This document shows, piece by piece, positions 7,901 to 16,531 of a stretch of DNA of 31,126 nt (positions within the stretch are counted from its first letter, which is position 1; each line of letters opens with the position of its first letter). The notes beneath the pieces were generated by a model. The model saw only the letters and a program-made list of their open reading frames with translations, made no database searches and was not told the DNA's origin. This DNA comes from a virus (lineage: Duplodnaviria > Caudoviricetes), in IMG/VR virus record IMGVR_UViG_3300025646_000206, positions 1-31,126 of that record. One strand, 5' to 3'. Made by a program: the position numbers and the translations under genes.

Positions 7901-9509
7901 CTTGGGTTCCATCAGTTCCTTGAGTACCAGAACCTGTAGTTCCCTGAGTTCCATCAGTACCTTGGGTTCCATCAGTACCTTGGGTTCCATCGGTTCCCTG
8001 AGTACCTGTGGTTCCTTGGGTTCCATCGGTTCCTTGGGTTCCATCAGTTCCTTGAGTACCAGAACCTGTAGTTCCCTGAGTTCCATCTGTACCTTGGGTT
8101 CCATCAGTACCTTGGGTTCCATCAGTTCCTTGAGTACCAGAACCTGCAGTTCCCTGAGTACCATCAGTACCCTGAGTACCATCAGTACCCTGAGTTCCAT
8201 CGGTTCCTTGAGTACCAGAACCTGTAGTTCCCTGAGTACCATCAGTACCCTGAGTTCCATCGGTTCCCTGAGTACCAGCACCTGTAGTTCCCTGAGTACC
8301 ATCAGTACCCTGAGTTCCATCTGTACCTTGGGTTCCATCAGTACCCTGAGTTCCATCTGTACCTTGAGTACCTGTAGTTCCCTGAGTTCCATCGGTTCCT
8401 TGTGTGCCATCAGTTCCCTGAGTACCATCACCTGTAGTTCCCTGAGTACCATCTGTACCTTGAGTACCTGTGGTTCCTTGGGTTCCATCGGTTCCTTGAG
8501 TACCAGTTAGGAAAGAACCATTAGCGTAAAACGAAGTAGCACTAATAATACCAGTGTTTCCGTAGATTGTTACACCAGCACCAATAGTAACTTCATTATT
8601 GATACCATCAATAGTTACGGAAGCAGGACCGACAGTTAAAATGCCAGTAACTCTTGCATCTCCTTCGACAAGCAGACTATATTCAGAATCTGCCGTAGTT
8701 CCAATGCCGACGCTACTTGTAGTATGAATACCGGCAGCAGTCTGTTCAAAGTAACCTGTTCCACCGCCACCGCCACCGCTATTGTTAGTTACAAATTCAA
8801 ACTTCCTTATCGAATGATCATATCTTAAAAACTTACCATCATATGCAGATGCATTAGTAGCAATACCAACAATGTCATCAAGATACTTAAGTTGCGTCTC
8901 ACCACCTCCACCTAATGTGGATAATTGTTGTTGAATACGATTGACAAAAAGACGATAGTGATTTGAAAGATCATCTAAGGTTGCAAAATTCGTATTAGCA
9001 TCAGGATTTTTTTCATCGAGAAGTCCTTCAGACAAAGAAACAATTTCTTGTTTTTGTTGTATTTCTGCGACTAATTTATGAAGTAATTTTATATCCTCAT
9101 CATAATATTTTACTTCAGGAATTTCTGGAAATTGTAAAGGTTTAACTAATAATTTTTCTGCTTCACTATAACCAAATGCTCTACGAAGCCTATCTAATTC
9201 TACAGACAGTTGTCCTATATCTTTTTTATAATCAACTACTTCAGGAATATTAGAAACTTGAGATTTTACTTGTTCAACTAATTTCTCAAGTTCTATAATT
9301 CTTTGATAGTTTTTATTCTCAACATTATCTACACCTTCTACTACTTCCTCCTCCTCATTATTTTCTTCAACAACAATCTCTTCCTTCTCATCCAATAAAT
9401 CGGAAGGAGATAAAATTTTTTTTTGAGATTCAATTTCTATTTCTTCATTATTTAACTTTTCTTCATTCTTTTTCTTCTCAAAGAAGTCCGAAGGTTTATT
9501 CAATGGCAC
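4923..9509 (-). CDS. giant collagen-like fibre protein 1 (1528 aa)
   Basis: GTG start with GGAG RBS. Acidic coiled-coil N-terminus, LSTLGGGGETQLKYLDD motif, GIGT fibre motifs, ~720 aa of Gly-Thr-(Gln/Asp/Thr), QGTTGTSV repeats, globular C-terminal domain. Confidence 0.9.
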   Translation of the reverse strand: MPLNKPSDFFEKKKNEEKLNNEEIEIESQKKILSPSDLLDEKEEIVVEENNEEEEVVEGVDNVENKNYQRIIELEKLVEQVKSQVSNIPEVVDYKKDIGQLSVELDRLRRAFGYSEAEKLLVKPLQFPEIPEVKYYDEDIKLLHKLVAEIQQKQEIVSLSEGLLDEKNPDANTNFATLDDLSNHYRLFVNRIQQQLSTLGGGGETQLKYLDDIVGIATNASAYDGKFLRYDHSIRKFEFVTNNSGGGGGGTGYFEQTAAGIHTTSSVGIGTTADSEYSLLVEGDARVTGILTVGPASVTIDGINNEVTIGAGVTIYGNTGIISATSFYANGSFLTGTQGTDGTQGTTGTQGTDGTQGTTGDGTQGTDGTQGTDGTQGTTGTQGTDGTQGTDGTQGTDGTQGTDGTQGTTGAGTQGTDGTQGTDGTQGTTGSGTQGTDGTQGTDGTQGTDGTQGTAGSGTQGTDGTQGTDGTQGTDGTQGTTGSGTQGTDGTQGTDGTQGTTGTQGTDGTQGTDGTQGTDGTQGTTGSGTQGTDGTQGTTGTQGTDGTQGTTGTQGTDGTQGTTGTQGTDGTQGTTGTQGTDGTQGTDGTQGTDGTQGTDGTQGTDGTQGTDGTQGTDGTQGTDGTQGTTGSGTQGTDGTQGTTGTQGTDGTQGTDGTQGTDGTQGTDGTQGTDGTQGTTGTQGTDGTQGTDGTQGTDGTQGTDGTQGTTGTQGTDGTQGTDGTQGTTGTQGTDGTQGTDGTQGTTGTQGTDGTQGTTGTQGTDGTQGTTGTQGTDGTQGTDGTQGTTGTQGTDGTQGTDGTQGTTGTQGTDGTQGTDGTQGTTGTQGTDGTQGTDGTQGTTGTQGTDGTQGTDGTQGTTGTQGTDGTQGTTGTQGTDGTQGTDGTQGTTGTQGTDGTQGTDGTQGTDGTQGTDGTQGTDGTQGTTGTQGTDGTQGTDGTQGTTGTQGTDGTQGTTGTQGTIGTQGTDGTQGTDGTQGTDGTQGTDGTQGTTGTQGTDGTQGTDGTQGTDGTQGTTGTQGTDGTQGTDGTQGTDGTQGTDGTQGTDGTQGTDGTQGTTGTSVQGTTGTSVQGTTGTSVQGTTGTSVQGTKGTQGTTGTSVQGTTGTSVQGTTGTSVQGTTGTSVQGTTGTSVQGTTGTSVQGTKGTQGTTGTSVQGTTGTSVQGTTGTSVQGTTGTSVQGTTGTSGPVAGSANQIVYKNSSNTAAGSDSFTYSGPSSGVGTIGIGTIIDIVHYDTLNSGTLSFEASAGQLFSITNNLSSGSIFSVNDISGIPSIDVDAGGTILVGPYSTTGDKVGIGTTNPQYKLHVSGNTNIDGTLTVNGAAISGGSGTQGTTGTQGTTGTSVQGTKGTQGTTGTSVQGTTGTSVQGTTGTSVQGTTGTQGNISGVRYNFSTDITTSAIPAGTIRFNWGGISGVSQIYVHKDDANSTTQTGWITSWDDSTSSTKGYLTLKSASTSGTQYTTVFNVTLVSSLQGSGSNQYYLVNVSNPSGSVPSNSHPLALTFSRTGDAGGGGGGGGSSALTTLAFLNS
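5963..6345 (-). repeat. 24-bp coding tandem repeat (QGTTGTSV)
   Basis: Repeated gtaccttgtaccgaagttcc(tgtt/ggta) units; a shorter block lies at ~5368-5500. Confidence 0.9.
6346..8504 (-). repeat. 9/18-bp coding tandem repeat (GTQ-GTD/GTT collagen triplets)
   Basis: About 2.1 kb of degenerate ccttgggttccatcagta-type units. Confidence 0.95.
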
Positions 9510-9546
9510 CGCAAAATACTCCTATATTTCTATATCCCATATATGA

Positions 9547-9553
9547 TATTTAT
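9547..9553 (-). promoter_or_regulatory. T4-type late promoter core
   Basis: ATAAATA about 38 nt upstream of the collagen 1 start. Confidence 0.55.
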
Positions 9554-9651
9554 GATTGTAACATAAAAACCAAAAATAGATAGAGATAAAATAATTAAAA
9601 AATTTTTTTATTAAAATACACGTTTCCAGAAATAGAAATTCTATATTCATC

Positions 9652-11211
9652 TTAATTTTCCGTATCAAAAAAGAACATTTGCCACAATCTACTGTTATCT
9701 TTTACTGTACCAAAATACTTTGATGCAGAATGAATACAACTAGCATCAAAGATGACCAAACGATTATAAACATTGCCAAGAACATCTACTGGTTCAAAAG
9801 GAGTTCCATCTAAATGATAATCTCCCGGAATATCTTTCCAAGAAGCATCATACCCTTCTTCATTATATGTTCTAGCTCTTGTTTTTTTGTGTGCGTACAA
9901 AGTTGTGCCACACTCAAAAGGAGCATTTGGACTTAAATATAGCATACCTCCCCACATCTGAGAGTCGCAATGATATACAATTGGTTGCCCAGACCAACAA
10001 TATTGGAATCTACCATTCATTCCATGCTCTTTCCACTTAGTAATTTTTTTACCCATTATTTGCTCAAATCTTTCTTTGAGTCCTGGAAATAAAAACTGTT
10101 GATGGGTTCGATTACCAATATACCCTCTACCAATACCACCAATATGATAATCTTGTTCCAATGCAAATTTTCTTATTGAATCCGGATTTTCATAAAAATT
10201 GTCCACCATCCATGTAGTTGATTTTGTGTTAGATGATATACCAAAATTTAAACCTGTTTCTATATTTTTTTCTTGGGGTAACAAAAATTCTTTGACTCTA
10301 GGTAATTTAAAAATAATTTGAGGAAGAGATTCTAATGGGTAATTTTTCAGAACATAATTACATTTATTTTTATATTCCTCAACGAGTTTATCATCTTTAA
10401 CAATTTGTTTGAATGATTCTACTGATAAGTTATTTACTACAGACAAATTTCCATGATTACAGAAGGATTTTGCCTTTTCATTTCTCCTTTCTTCTCCCAT
10501 CCATGTAAAATGCCATCCACAATCTTGAATGATTTTATTATCTTGAGTTACCCAAACTGGAGAAATGGGACATTTATATTGTCCCCTAAATTTGGTCGGA
10601 GATCCTCCATTTTTTAATTGTTTAGCAGTACATAAAACTAAAGATTTACTCCAATCTGCAGGAGTATCGTCAATAAAAAGTCTTTTATCCGCTCTACCTT
10701 CCAGAAGAACTAAAGGAACTTTTAAATAATTGCCATTTAAACATCTACACACATTTGAAAAATATTCAATAAACTCTGGATTTATTATCTCATCACAGTC
10801 ACTAGAAATAAAAACGGTATCGTCATCATATTTGTCAATAATATTAAGTAGTCCATCTTTTTGCAGTCTTTCTCTAGTCCAATATAATTCTCGACCAGTA
10901 TTTTTTGCCACGCTTGCTTCATAAAAATCAACTTCATCTGGCGTTAAATTTATTTTATCATAATCAATTTCAATTACAGTAACTTGATTCTCAAAACCAA
11001 ATTCTTTAATCAAATCTTTACAAATAAACTCTTTTTTATTTCCACTAAATGTATGACTAGCTTCTACAATAATAAATTCATCAACATAATCTTTTAATAA
11101 ATTTAATCTTAGTTCAAGAAGTTCTTTTTCATTAAAGAAAAAAAAGTAATCAATAATTTTTTTCATTGCAAGTTGACGATATGAACTTAAAATTTTAGTG
11201 GTGTTTTTCAT
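9652..11211 (-). CDS. GT17 (MGAT3-like) glycosyltransferase fused to a C-terminal 2OG-Fe(II) oxygenase-like (DUF6445-like) domain
   Basis: FFNEKELLELRL...VEASHTFSG...SDCDEI...GWHFTW (GT17). VDNFYENPD...HCD...LYL...GT...NRLVIFD...HSA...R (HxD...H...R oxygenase). Confidence 0.8.
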   Translation of the reverse strand: MKNTTKILSSYRQLAMKKIIDYFFFFNEKELLELRLNLLKDYVDEFIIVEASHTFSGNKKEFICKDLIKEFGFENQVTVIEIDYDKINLTPDEVDFYEASVAKNTGRELYWTRERLQKDGLLNIIDKYDDDTVFISSDCDEIINPEFIEYFSNVCRCLNGNYLKVPLVLLEGRADKRLFIDDTPADWSKSLVLCTAKQLKNGGSPTKFRGQYKCPISPVWVTQDNKIIQDCGWHFTWMGEERRNEKAKSFCNHGNLSVVNNLSVESFKQIVKDDKLVEEYKNKCNYVLKNYPLESLPQIIFKLPRVKEFLLPQEKNIETGLNFGISSNTKSTTWMVDNFYENPDSIRKFALEQDYHIGGIGRGYIGNRTHQQFLFPGLKERFEQIMGKKITKWKEHGMNGRFQYCWSGQPIVYHCDSQMWGGMLYLSPNAPFECGTTLYAHKKTRARTYNEEGYDASWKDIPGDYHLDGTPFEPVDVLGNVYNRLVIFDASCIHSASKYFGTVKDNSRLWQMFFFDTEN

Positions 11212-14145
11212 TTAAAATCCCAAATATTTTTGTCTATTAAAATTTAAATCATAAGTAGTATATGATATATCATAGGTTTCATTATTAAATGGATTAGAAT
11301 ATGTATCTGAAAAAAAATTTTTTCCCCATTTCTTAGTAAGATATTCATTTTTATTTAATGTTCGCGATTTATTCACTTTTTCCTTTAAATCCATATTTAA
11401 TCTCCAGGTTTGAGAACCACTAGTTTTATAGTCAGATTCTCCATGCAGATAGTCAATATTTAAGAAACTGGATTTTATGTTTTTTGTTGTTATTCTAATG
11501 TGATAATCAACATCTTCTATATAAGCTGGATATAAGTTTTCATCAAATAATCCACACTCTTGGACAACCCAATCTTTTATTAAAAATAAATCATAAGATC
11601 CACCTCCCCAATCAGATTTTTTAGCGTGTATCATACCGGAATCTGTTTTTAATGCTTCTTCATTCATTTTCTTCAGTAAACCAGATGTAAAACAAATATC
11701 ATTGTTTGCAATGATCCAATACGGACAATTCATATATGATTTAATAATCAAATTCCATGCACCACTTACCCCAAGATTAGATGGTAGATGGGTTACTTTA
11801 ATTTTTTCTATAAATGGATGTTTTATACTTGCTATCTTATTTAAGTCCTCATCAATTTCCCCTTTTCCATTATTATTAATAATAAAAAACTCTTTTACGG
11901 GATAATCAACGCTATCTATTAATCGTTTTAACCAGTGAACTCCATTTACTATAGGAACTCCTATCATGGGAATAGAACTTTCATACTCAAATAATTTTTT
12001 AAAATCCGAAACTTTTATTAAGTTTAACCATTCTTCACGATTTCTTTCAAGATTTTCATATACAAGATCTTCTTTTTTTTCAACTAAATTTTGAATACCT
12101 TTTCTAATAACTCCGCACCCATGATCAGTATCAACAACAAACATTTCCAAATCATTTCTCTCCTTACGAAGATGAACAAATGCTTTCCAAGAATCCCCAT
12201 TCCAAGTATCAACAACAGGATATGGTCTTTGATATTCTTCTTTCGTTGGATTCATATCATGACAAATAATATACCCACCAACATTTAAAATATCAAGGGA
12301 ATTTAAAATGTCCGTTAAAACTTGATTATATTCATGAAGTCCATCAATAAAAATAATATCAAACTTTTCTTTATTTTGTTTAAAAAACTCATCCGAAGTT
12401 AAATGAAATGTTGCTGGACTATCCTCATTTGGATCAACACCAACTTTATAATCACATATTATATTTGAAATATTATCTCCTTTACTAACTCCTATTTCCA
12501 AATATTTTTTGGATTTTGTTTTTTCGATTAGAAAATTAATAATATCTGTTCTTCTTGTTGATTCTTTTATAAATGGATCATGAGGTTCTATATTTAAAGT
12601 TTCTGGTATAAAAAACTTTTTTAAATGTTCAAACTCAAGTATTTCTGATGGAAGATTATTTAAATCATAATTCCTTAAAACTACTTTTTTATTTCCCCAC
12701 GTATTTAAACCATTATCTTTTGGAGTCCATTTGTCGATATAGTCTTCAAGTTCTTTTGAATTCATGTCTTTTATGATTGCAGATTCTATGTGATCTGCAT
12801 AATGTGATGTTGATTTTTGTTTTGTCTTTAATCTACTAGAATCACCCATCCAACTAAAATGCCACCCACAATCTTTTAATCTCTTTCCATCTTCTGTAAC
12901 ATATACTGTTTCAAAAGGATTTTGAATATTAAATCTCATCTGAGCGGGAGTTGCTTTTTCAAAATGCTTCTTAGTGCATACGAAAAAAACATTGTCGATA
13001 CTTAATGGAATATTAGTATCGGAATGATATACTCTAAAATTTGCTCTTCCTTCTAGTTCCACTAGGGGTATTTTAATAATTTTATTTTGATTCTTAGATA
13101 TATTATAAGTAAAATAATTTATATATTTTGGGTTGATAATTTCATCAGCATCTGAAACAAAAAATATATCTCTATCATCAAATTGCGAAATAACAGAAAG
13201 CAAATCATCTAAGACTAATCTCTCTCTTGTTCTTGCATTCAAAGAATTTTTATAAGTATCATTTGATTTTCCAGACAAAGAGCGAAAAATAATGTCAAAT
13301 TCAGTATTTTCAACATCTTCATCATTTGATGGAAGGTTAGTCTGAACAAAAATAAATTTTTCCTCTGGCAAATTCAATTCCTTGATATATTCTTTTGCCA
13401 AAGGTTTCCAATCATTTCCACTATGAGTTTTTGTTCCCTCAAGAACTATAAACTTATCAACTTTATCATGAAGAAGTTTATACCTTAGTTCTAACAACTC
13501 TTTTTCATTAAAGAATCTAAAACAATCTATAATTTTTTTTCTTCCAATTTCCAATTTATCCACATTTTTTTCTTCAACCTCAATATTTAAATTTTTAATC
13601 TTTGTCTGTACAAAATTTTTATGATAATCATCCAAATCATTGAAATACATATTTCTTAAATCAAGAAGACCTTCTTTATGTTCTTCCGTTTTTCCCCACC
13701 ACCAAGATGATACTACCTTTTCATATAAAATACCCCACTTACCTGGATATCCACATTCTAATCTAAGTTTAGGTGAATCGAAATCACAATTTTCTAAAGA
13801 CTGTTTGCACAAATAATATGCATCTTGATATTGGTTGTGCCAATTTTGGAAGTTTGCGAGTTTATAATATGCTTCAGGTCTTTTTGGAAGAATAGACATT
13901 GCATGTTTATACATGCAACGAACATGTTCAAATCTATTTCCTTGAAGATCAAAACAAGTTCCAATATGAAGTAAACACTCATATGCTAGGTCTAAATCGT
14001 CTCCAGATCTATCGGCACATCTAAGAAAGAATGAAATTGCTGCAGCAGTTTGCCCTATAGAAAAATATTCTGTTGCTAAATTAAAATTAGTTTCAGGATT
14101 TTCTGGATCTAGAATATATTCAATTAAATAATTTTTTTCATTCAT
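11212..14145 (-). CDS. multidomain enzyme: TPR + GT17 + class I SAM methyltransferase + GT2-like (977 aa)
   Basis: TPR-like helices (PKRPEAYYKLA). FFNEKELLELR...SDADEI...GWHFSW. YLEIGV...FDIIFIDGLH...HD. NLGVSGAWN...NNDI...FDENLYPAYIEDVDY. Confidence 0.85.
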   Translation of the reverse strand: MNEKNYLIEYILDPENPETNFNLATEYFSIGQTAAAISFFLRCADRSGDDLDLAYECLLHIGTCFDLQGNRFEHVRCMYKHAMSILPKRPEAYYKLANFQNWHNQYQDAYYLCKQSLENCDFDSPKLRLECGYPGKWGILYEKVVSSWWWGKTEEHKEGLLDLRNMYFNDLDDYHKNFVQTKIKNLNIEVEEKNVDKLEIGRKKIIDCFRFFNEKELLELRYKLLHDKVDKFIVLEGTKTHSGNDWKPLAKEYIKELNLPEEKFIFVQTNLPSNDEDVENTEFDIIFRSLSGKSNDTYKNSLNARTRERLVLDDLLSVISQFDDRDIFFVSDADEIINPKYINYFTYNISKNQNKIIKIPLVELEGRANFRVYHSDTNIPLSIDNVFFVCTKKHFEKATPAQMRFNIQNPFETVYVTEDGKRLKDCGWHFSWMGDSSRLKTKQKSTSHYADHIESAIIKDMNSKELEDYIDKWTPKDNGLNTWGNKKVVLRNYDLNNLPSEILEFEHLKKFFIPETLNIEPHDPFIKESTRRTDIINFLIEKTKSKKYLEIGVSKGDNISNIICDYKVGVDPNEDSPATFHLTSDEFFKQNKEKFDIIFIDGLHEYNQVLTDILNSLDILNVGGYIICHDMNPTKEEYQRPYPVVDTWNGDSWKAFVHLRKERNDLEMFVVDTDHGCGVIRKGIQNLVEKKEDLVYENLERNREEWLNLIKVSDFKKLFEYESSIPMIGVPIVNGVHWLKRLIDSVDYPVKEFFIINNNGKGEIDEDLNKIASIKHPFIEKIKVTHLPSNLGVSGAWNLIIKSYMNCPYWIIANNDICFTSGLLKKMNEEALKTDSGMIHAKKSDWGGGSYDLFLIKDWVVQECGLFDENLYPAYIEDVDYHIRITTKNIKSSFLNIDYLHGESDYKTSGSQTWRLNMDLKEKVNKSRTLNKNEYLTKKWGKNFFSDTYSNPFNNETYDISYTTYDLNFNRQKYLGF

Positions 14146-15118
14146 TTATAAAATTCTCCAACGCATCTTCAGAAATTTTTAAAACATAAGAAGCATTATC
14201 TTGCAATCCAAATGTAATTATATAATCATCTTTATACTTAGACATACCACAACAAAATTCAATATTTGCTCCCATAAAATCAAACTGTTTAGATTGTTTT
14301 AAAACATTCCAATTCTTATCCCAATAAGTAAATACATGCCGATATGTTGCATTTTTTCTATCTTGTTCACTACGAAAAAGATATGTAATATGGTGTATAC
14401 ATATATATCCATCTTTATATGGCATTACCTGAGATCCTCCTCTCAGATTTTGCATCATATTTTCTTTAAGATTACCAAGAAAAACTGTTTTGGTTGTATT
14501 AGTTTTTATGTCATATTTAACAATTTGTACTGGATTGGACCATTTAACAAAGTGATATGGTTGATCTAATATAGGCATCCAATTTTTTTCACAATAACTA
14601 TCTGAATTTTCAGGTACAGGTATTCTATGCCGATTAATTTCTTTAAATGAATTGGGAATATCGATTTCAGATAATTCCATTCTACCAACACCATTTGTAG
14701 TTGTATCTCTCCTAACACCACAAAGATAAAATTTTTCTTCCCATTTAACAATTCTACAATCTTCCAACCCGACAAATTCCCATAAAGGTTTTCTATCAAA
14801 GTTAGAAGTATCTATTTTATCAAATGAAGTTAAAATTAAATTTTCATCCAAAATTCCAAAATAATTTGTAGTTGTCAAAGAAATATCATTTTCTGGATTT
14901 AAATATAAAAGAGGTCCCCACTGATGCTCATAGTTATTCTTTTCAGAATGGTACAGCGTATATTGACAGTGCCTTATATTTACAAAAATATCATTTCCAT
15001 CAACAAAAACCGATGGATTGAAAAGGCCAGTACCATTAGTATGTTCGGATGGAATAATTAAAGGTTCTACAATTCCTCCAGAATTCAAAGCATACTGAGA
15101 AAAATTCATATCATCCAT
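14138..15118 (-). CDS. five-bladed beta-propeller carbohydrate-active enzyme (GH130 / GT91-GT108-like)
   Basis: NPSV, GLEDCR, EKNWMP, LRGGS and IEFCCG motifs. ATG at 15118 has an AGGA RBS; the ORF extends to a TTG at 15127. Confidence 0.7.
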   Translation of the reverse strand: MDDMNFSQYALNSGGIVEPLIIPSEHTNGTGLFNPSVFVDGNDIFVNIRHCQYTLYHSEKNNYEHQWGPLLYLNPENDISLTTTNYFGILDENLILTSFDKIDTSNFDRKPLWEFVGLEDCRIVKWEEKFYLCGVRRDTTTNGVGRMELSEIDIPNSFKEINRHRIPVPENSDSYCEKNWMPILDQPYHFVKWSNPVQIVKYDIKTNTTKTVFLGNLKENMMQNLRGGSQVMPYKDGYICIHHITYLFRSEQDRKNATYRHVFTYWDKNWNVLKQSKQFDFMGANIEFCCGMSKYKDDYIITFGLQDNASYVLKISEDALENFINE

Positions 15119-15138
15119 ATAAAACAATCCTACATTTT

Positions 15139-15167
15139 ATTATAGCAAAAAAACAACCCCTTGACAA
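15139..15167 (-). promoter_or_regulatory. sigma70-type promoter for the propeller-GT17 genes
   Basis: TTGTCA (15167-15162), 17 bp spacer, extended -10 TGcTATAAT (hexamer 15144-15139). Confidence 0.75.
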
Positions 15168-15189
15168 GTGATCCAAATATAAGTAGAAT
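15161..15189 (+). promoter_or_regulatory. sigma70-type promoter for the plus-strand oxygenase
   Basis: TTGACA (15161-15166), 17 bp spacer, TAGAAT (15184-15189). Confidence 0.8.
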
Positions 15190-15238
15190 ACCTTTGTTAG
15201 GGTTGAAGGATACATAATATATTACTTTAATAATATTA

Positions 15239-15847
15239 ATGAAAATATTTGGATTAAAAAATAAAACAATATCAAACTTTGAAAAAAGAGGATGGCATTA
15301 TCTACCTAATATTATTTCACCAACAGAAGCAATACAAATCAAATATCAAAACTTAATGGGTGCTGTTCATGATCTTGGTGGATTAAAATCTCACCATGAT
15401 CCTGAAAGAGGTAAAGTAATGTGTTGTTATGCTCCACCATCTTCTGTTTTTGTGGTTCGTAGAGTTAAACCAATTCTTGAAAATATACTTGGAGAAGAAT
15501 TAATTCCATCATATTGGTTTACAACAACATATCATAATAAAGGTTTTATGGTTAGACATACTGATAGACCTTCTTGCGAAGTATCAGTTACTATGAATAT
15601 AGATGGAACAGTAGATTGGCCTATACAACTTCAAGATCTTCAAGGAAAAAGAAGAAAAGTAGTAACTCCTATTGGGCATGGATTAGCATACCTTGGAATA
15701 AAAGTTCCCCACTGGAGAGCACCTCTTCGATGTAAAGAAGGTGATCAGTTTATGCAATTATTTTTGCATTATGTTAGAAAGAGTGGTCCATGTGCTGACT
15801 ATGCTTATGATAAAAATCAAAAATGTTATAATCTTTTAAATCAATAA
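15239..15847 (+). CDS. 2OG-Fe(II) oxygenase (202 aa)
   Basis: HTDRPSCEVSVT...WPI...HWR...QLFLHYV; the only plus-strand gene. Confidence 0.8.
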   Translation: MKIFGLKNKTISNFEKRGWHYLPNIISPTEAIQIKYQNLMGAVHDLGGLKSHHDPERGKVMCCYAPPSSVFVVRRVKPILENILGEELIPSYWFTTTYHNKGFMVRHTDRPSCEVSVTMNIDGTVDWPIQLQDLQGKRRKVVTPIGHGLAYLGIKVPHWRAPLRCKEGDQFMQLFLHYVRKSGPCADYAYDKNQKCYNLLNQ

Positions 15848-16500
15848 GCTTGAATTCCATACTTTTCCGATATTGCTTTATCCTGATCTTCTTTTGTTGG
15901 AACACCTTCAACTCTCATCCAACAAACACTTGCGATTCTTTCTCCAGAAATAACTGGTTGAACACCATGAAGATAATGATGTGTTGATGGAAAGGCAATA
16001 AACAATCCCGGTTCTGGTTTTATACTAATATTCCATGCAGGAAAAACAAATTCCCCACCTTCAAAATCATCATTTAAAAAAAGAACCGTTGATAAGTCTC
16101 TATCAATAGTCTTTTTCCATTGTTGTGTTCCATCAGGATTTGTCCATAATCCTTCGCCGTCATAGTGAGGTTTATAGTGTCCACCTTTTTCATAATAAAG
16201 GAACTGTGGTATTTCACTATCCTTGACTTTAAATTGATAAAATGGATTAATCACATTTTTAACAATGTCTTCATAAAGACATTGAACTTCTGTTATAATT
16301 GGACTTATATCAGCACACAAAACATCTCTTACTTTAGGATCTATTTTGTGCTCATCTTGTCTAGTATCATTTGATTTCTCTGCATCATAAACACCCATTC
16401 TATCTTTGGGTGATTTTTTTACATAATCAGTTAGATATTTACATCCTTCCTTTGTTACAACATTGCGTTGAATTAATATTTTTCCAAGTAAAATATCCAT
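15841..16500 (-). CDS. 2OG-Fe(II) oxygenase, prolyl 4-hydroxylase-like (219 aa)
   Basis: HYD...RDLSTVLFLNDDFEGGEF...FPS...HGVQPV..GER. Confidence 0.9.
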   Translation of the reverse strand: MDILLGKILIQRNVVTKEGCKYLTDYVKKSPKDRMGVYDAEKSNDTRQDEHKIDPKVRDVLCADISPIITEVQCLYEDIVKNVINPFYQFKVKDSEIPQFLYYEKGGHYKPHYDGEGLWTNPDGTQQWKKTIDRDLSTVLFLNDDFEGGEFVFPAWNISIKPEPGLFIAFPSTHHYLHGVQPVISGERIASVCWMRVEGVPTKEDQDKAISEKYGIQAY

Positions 16501-16521
16501 ATAGAATAATATAGTTTTCAG

Positions 16522-16528
16522 TATTTAT
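16522..16528 (-). promoter_or_regulatory. T4-type late promoter core
   Basis: ATAAATA in the short intergenic region. Confidence 0.6.
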
Positions 16529-16531
16529 GTG

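Noticed and set aside
5963-8504. Possible CRISPR array
   Set aside because: The repeats are contiguous, in-frame and vary at synonymous positions. There are no unique spacers and no cas genes.
5948-8510. Long alternative-frame and antisense ORFs (720, 620, 362 and 220 aa) over collagen 1
   Set aside because: They are by-products of a 9/18-bp repeat that lacks stops in other frames. They are confined to the repeat and show no independent expression signals.
15841-16500. Classical collagen prolyl 4-hydroxylation by the P4H-like enzyme
   Set aside because: The collagen repeats contain essentially no proline, so they cannot be conventional substrates.
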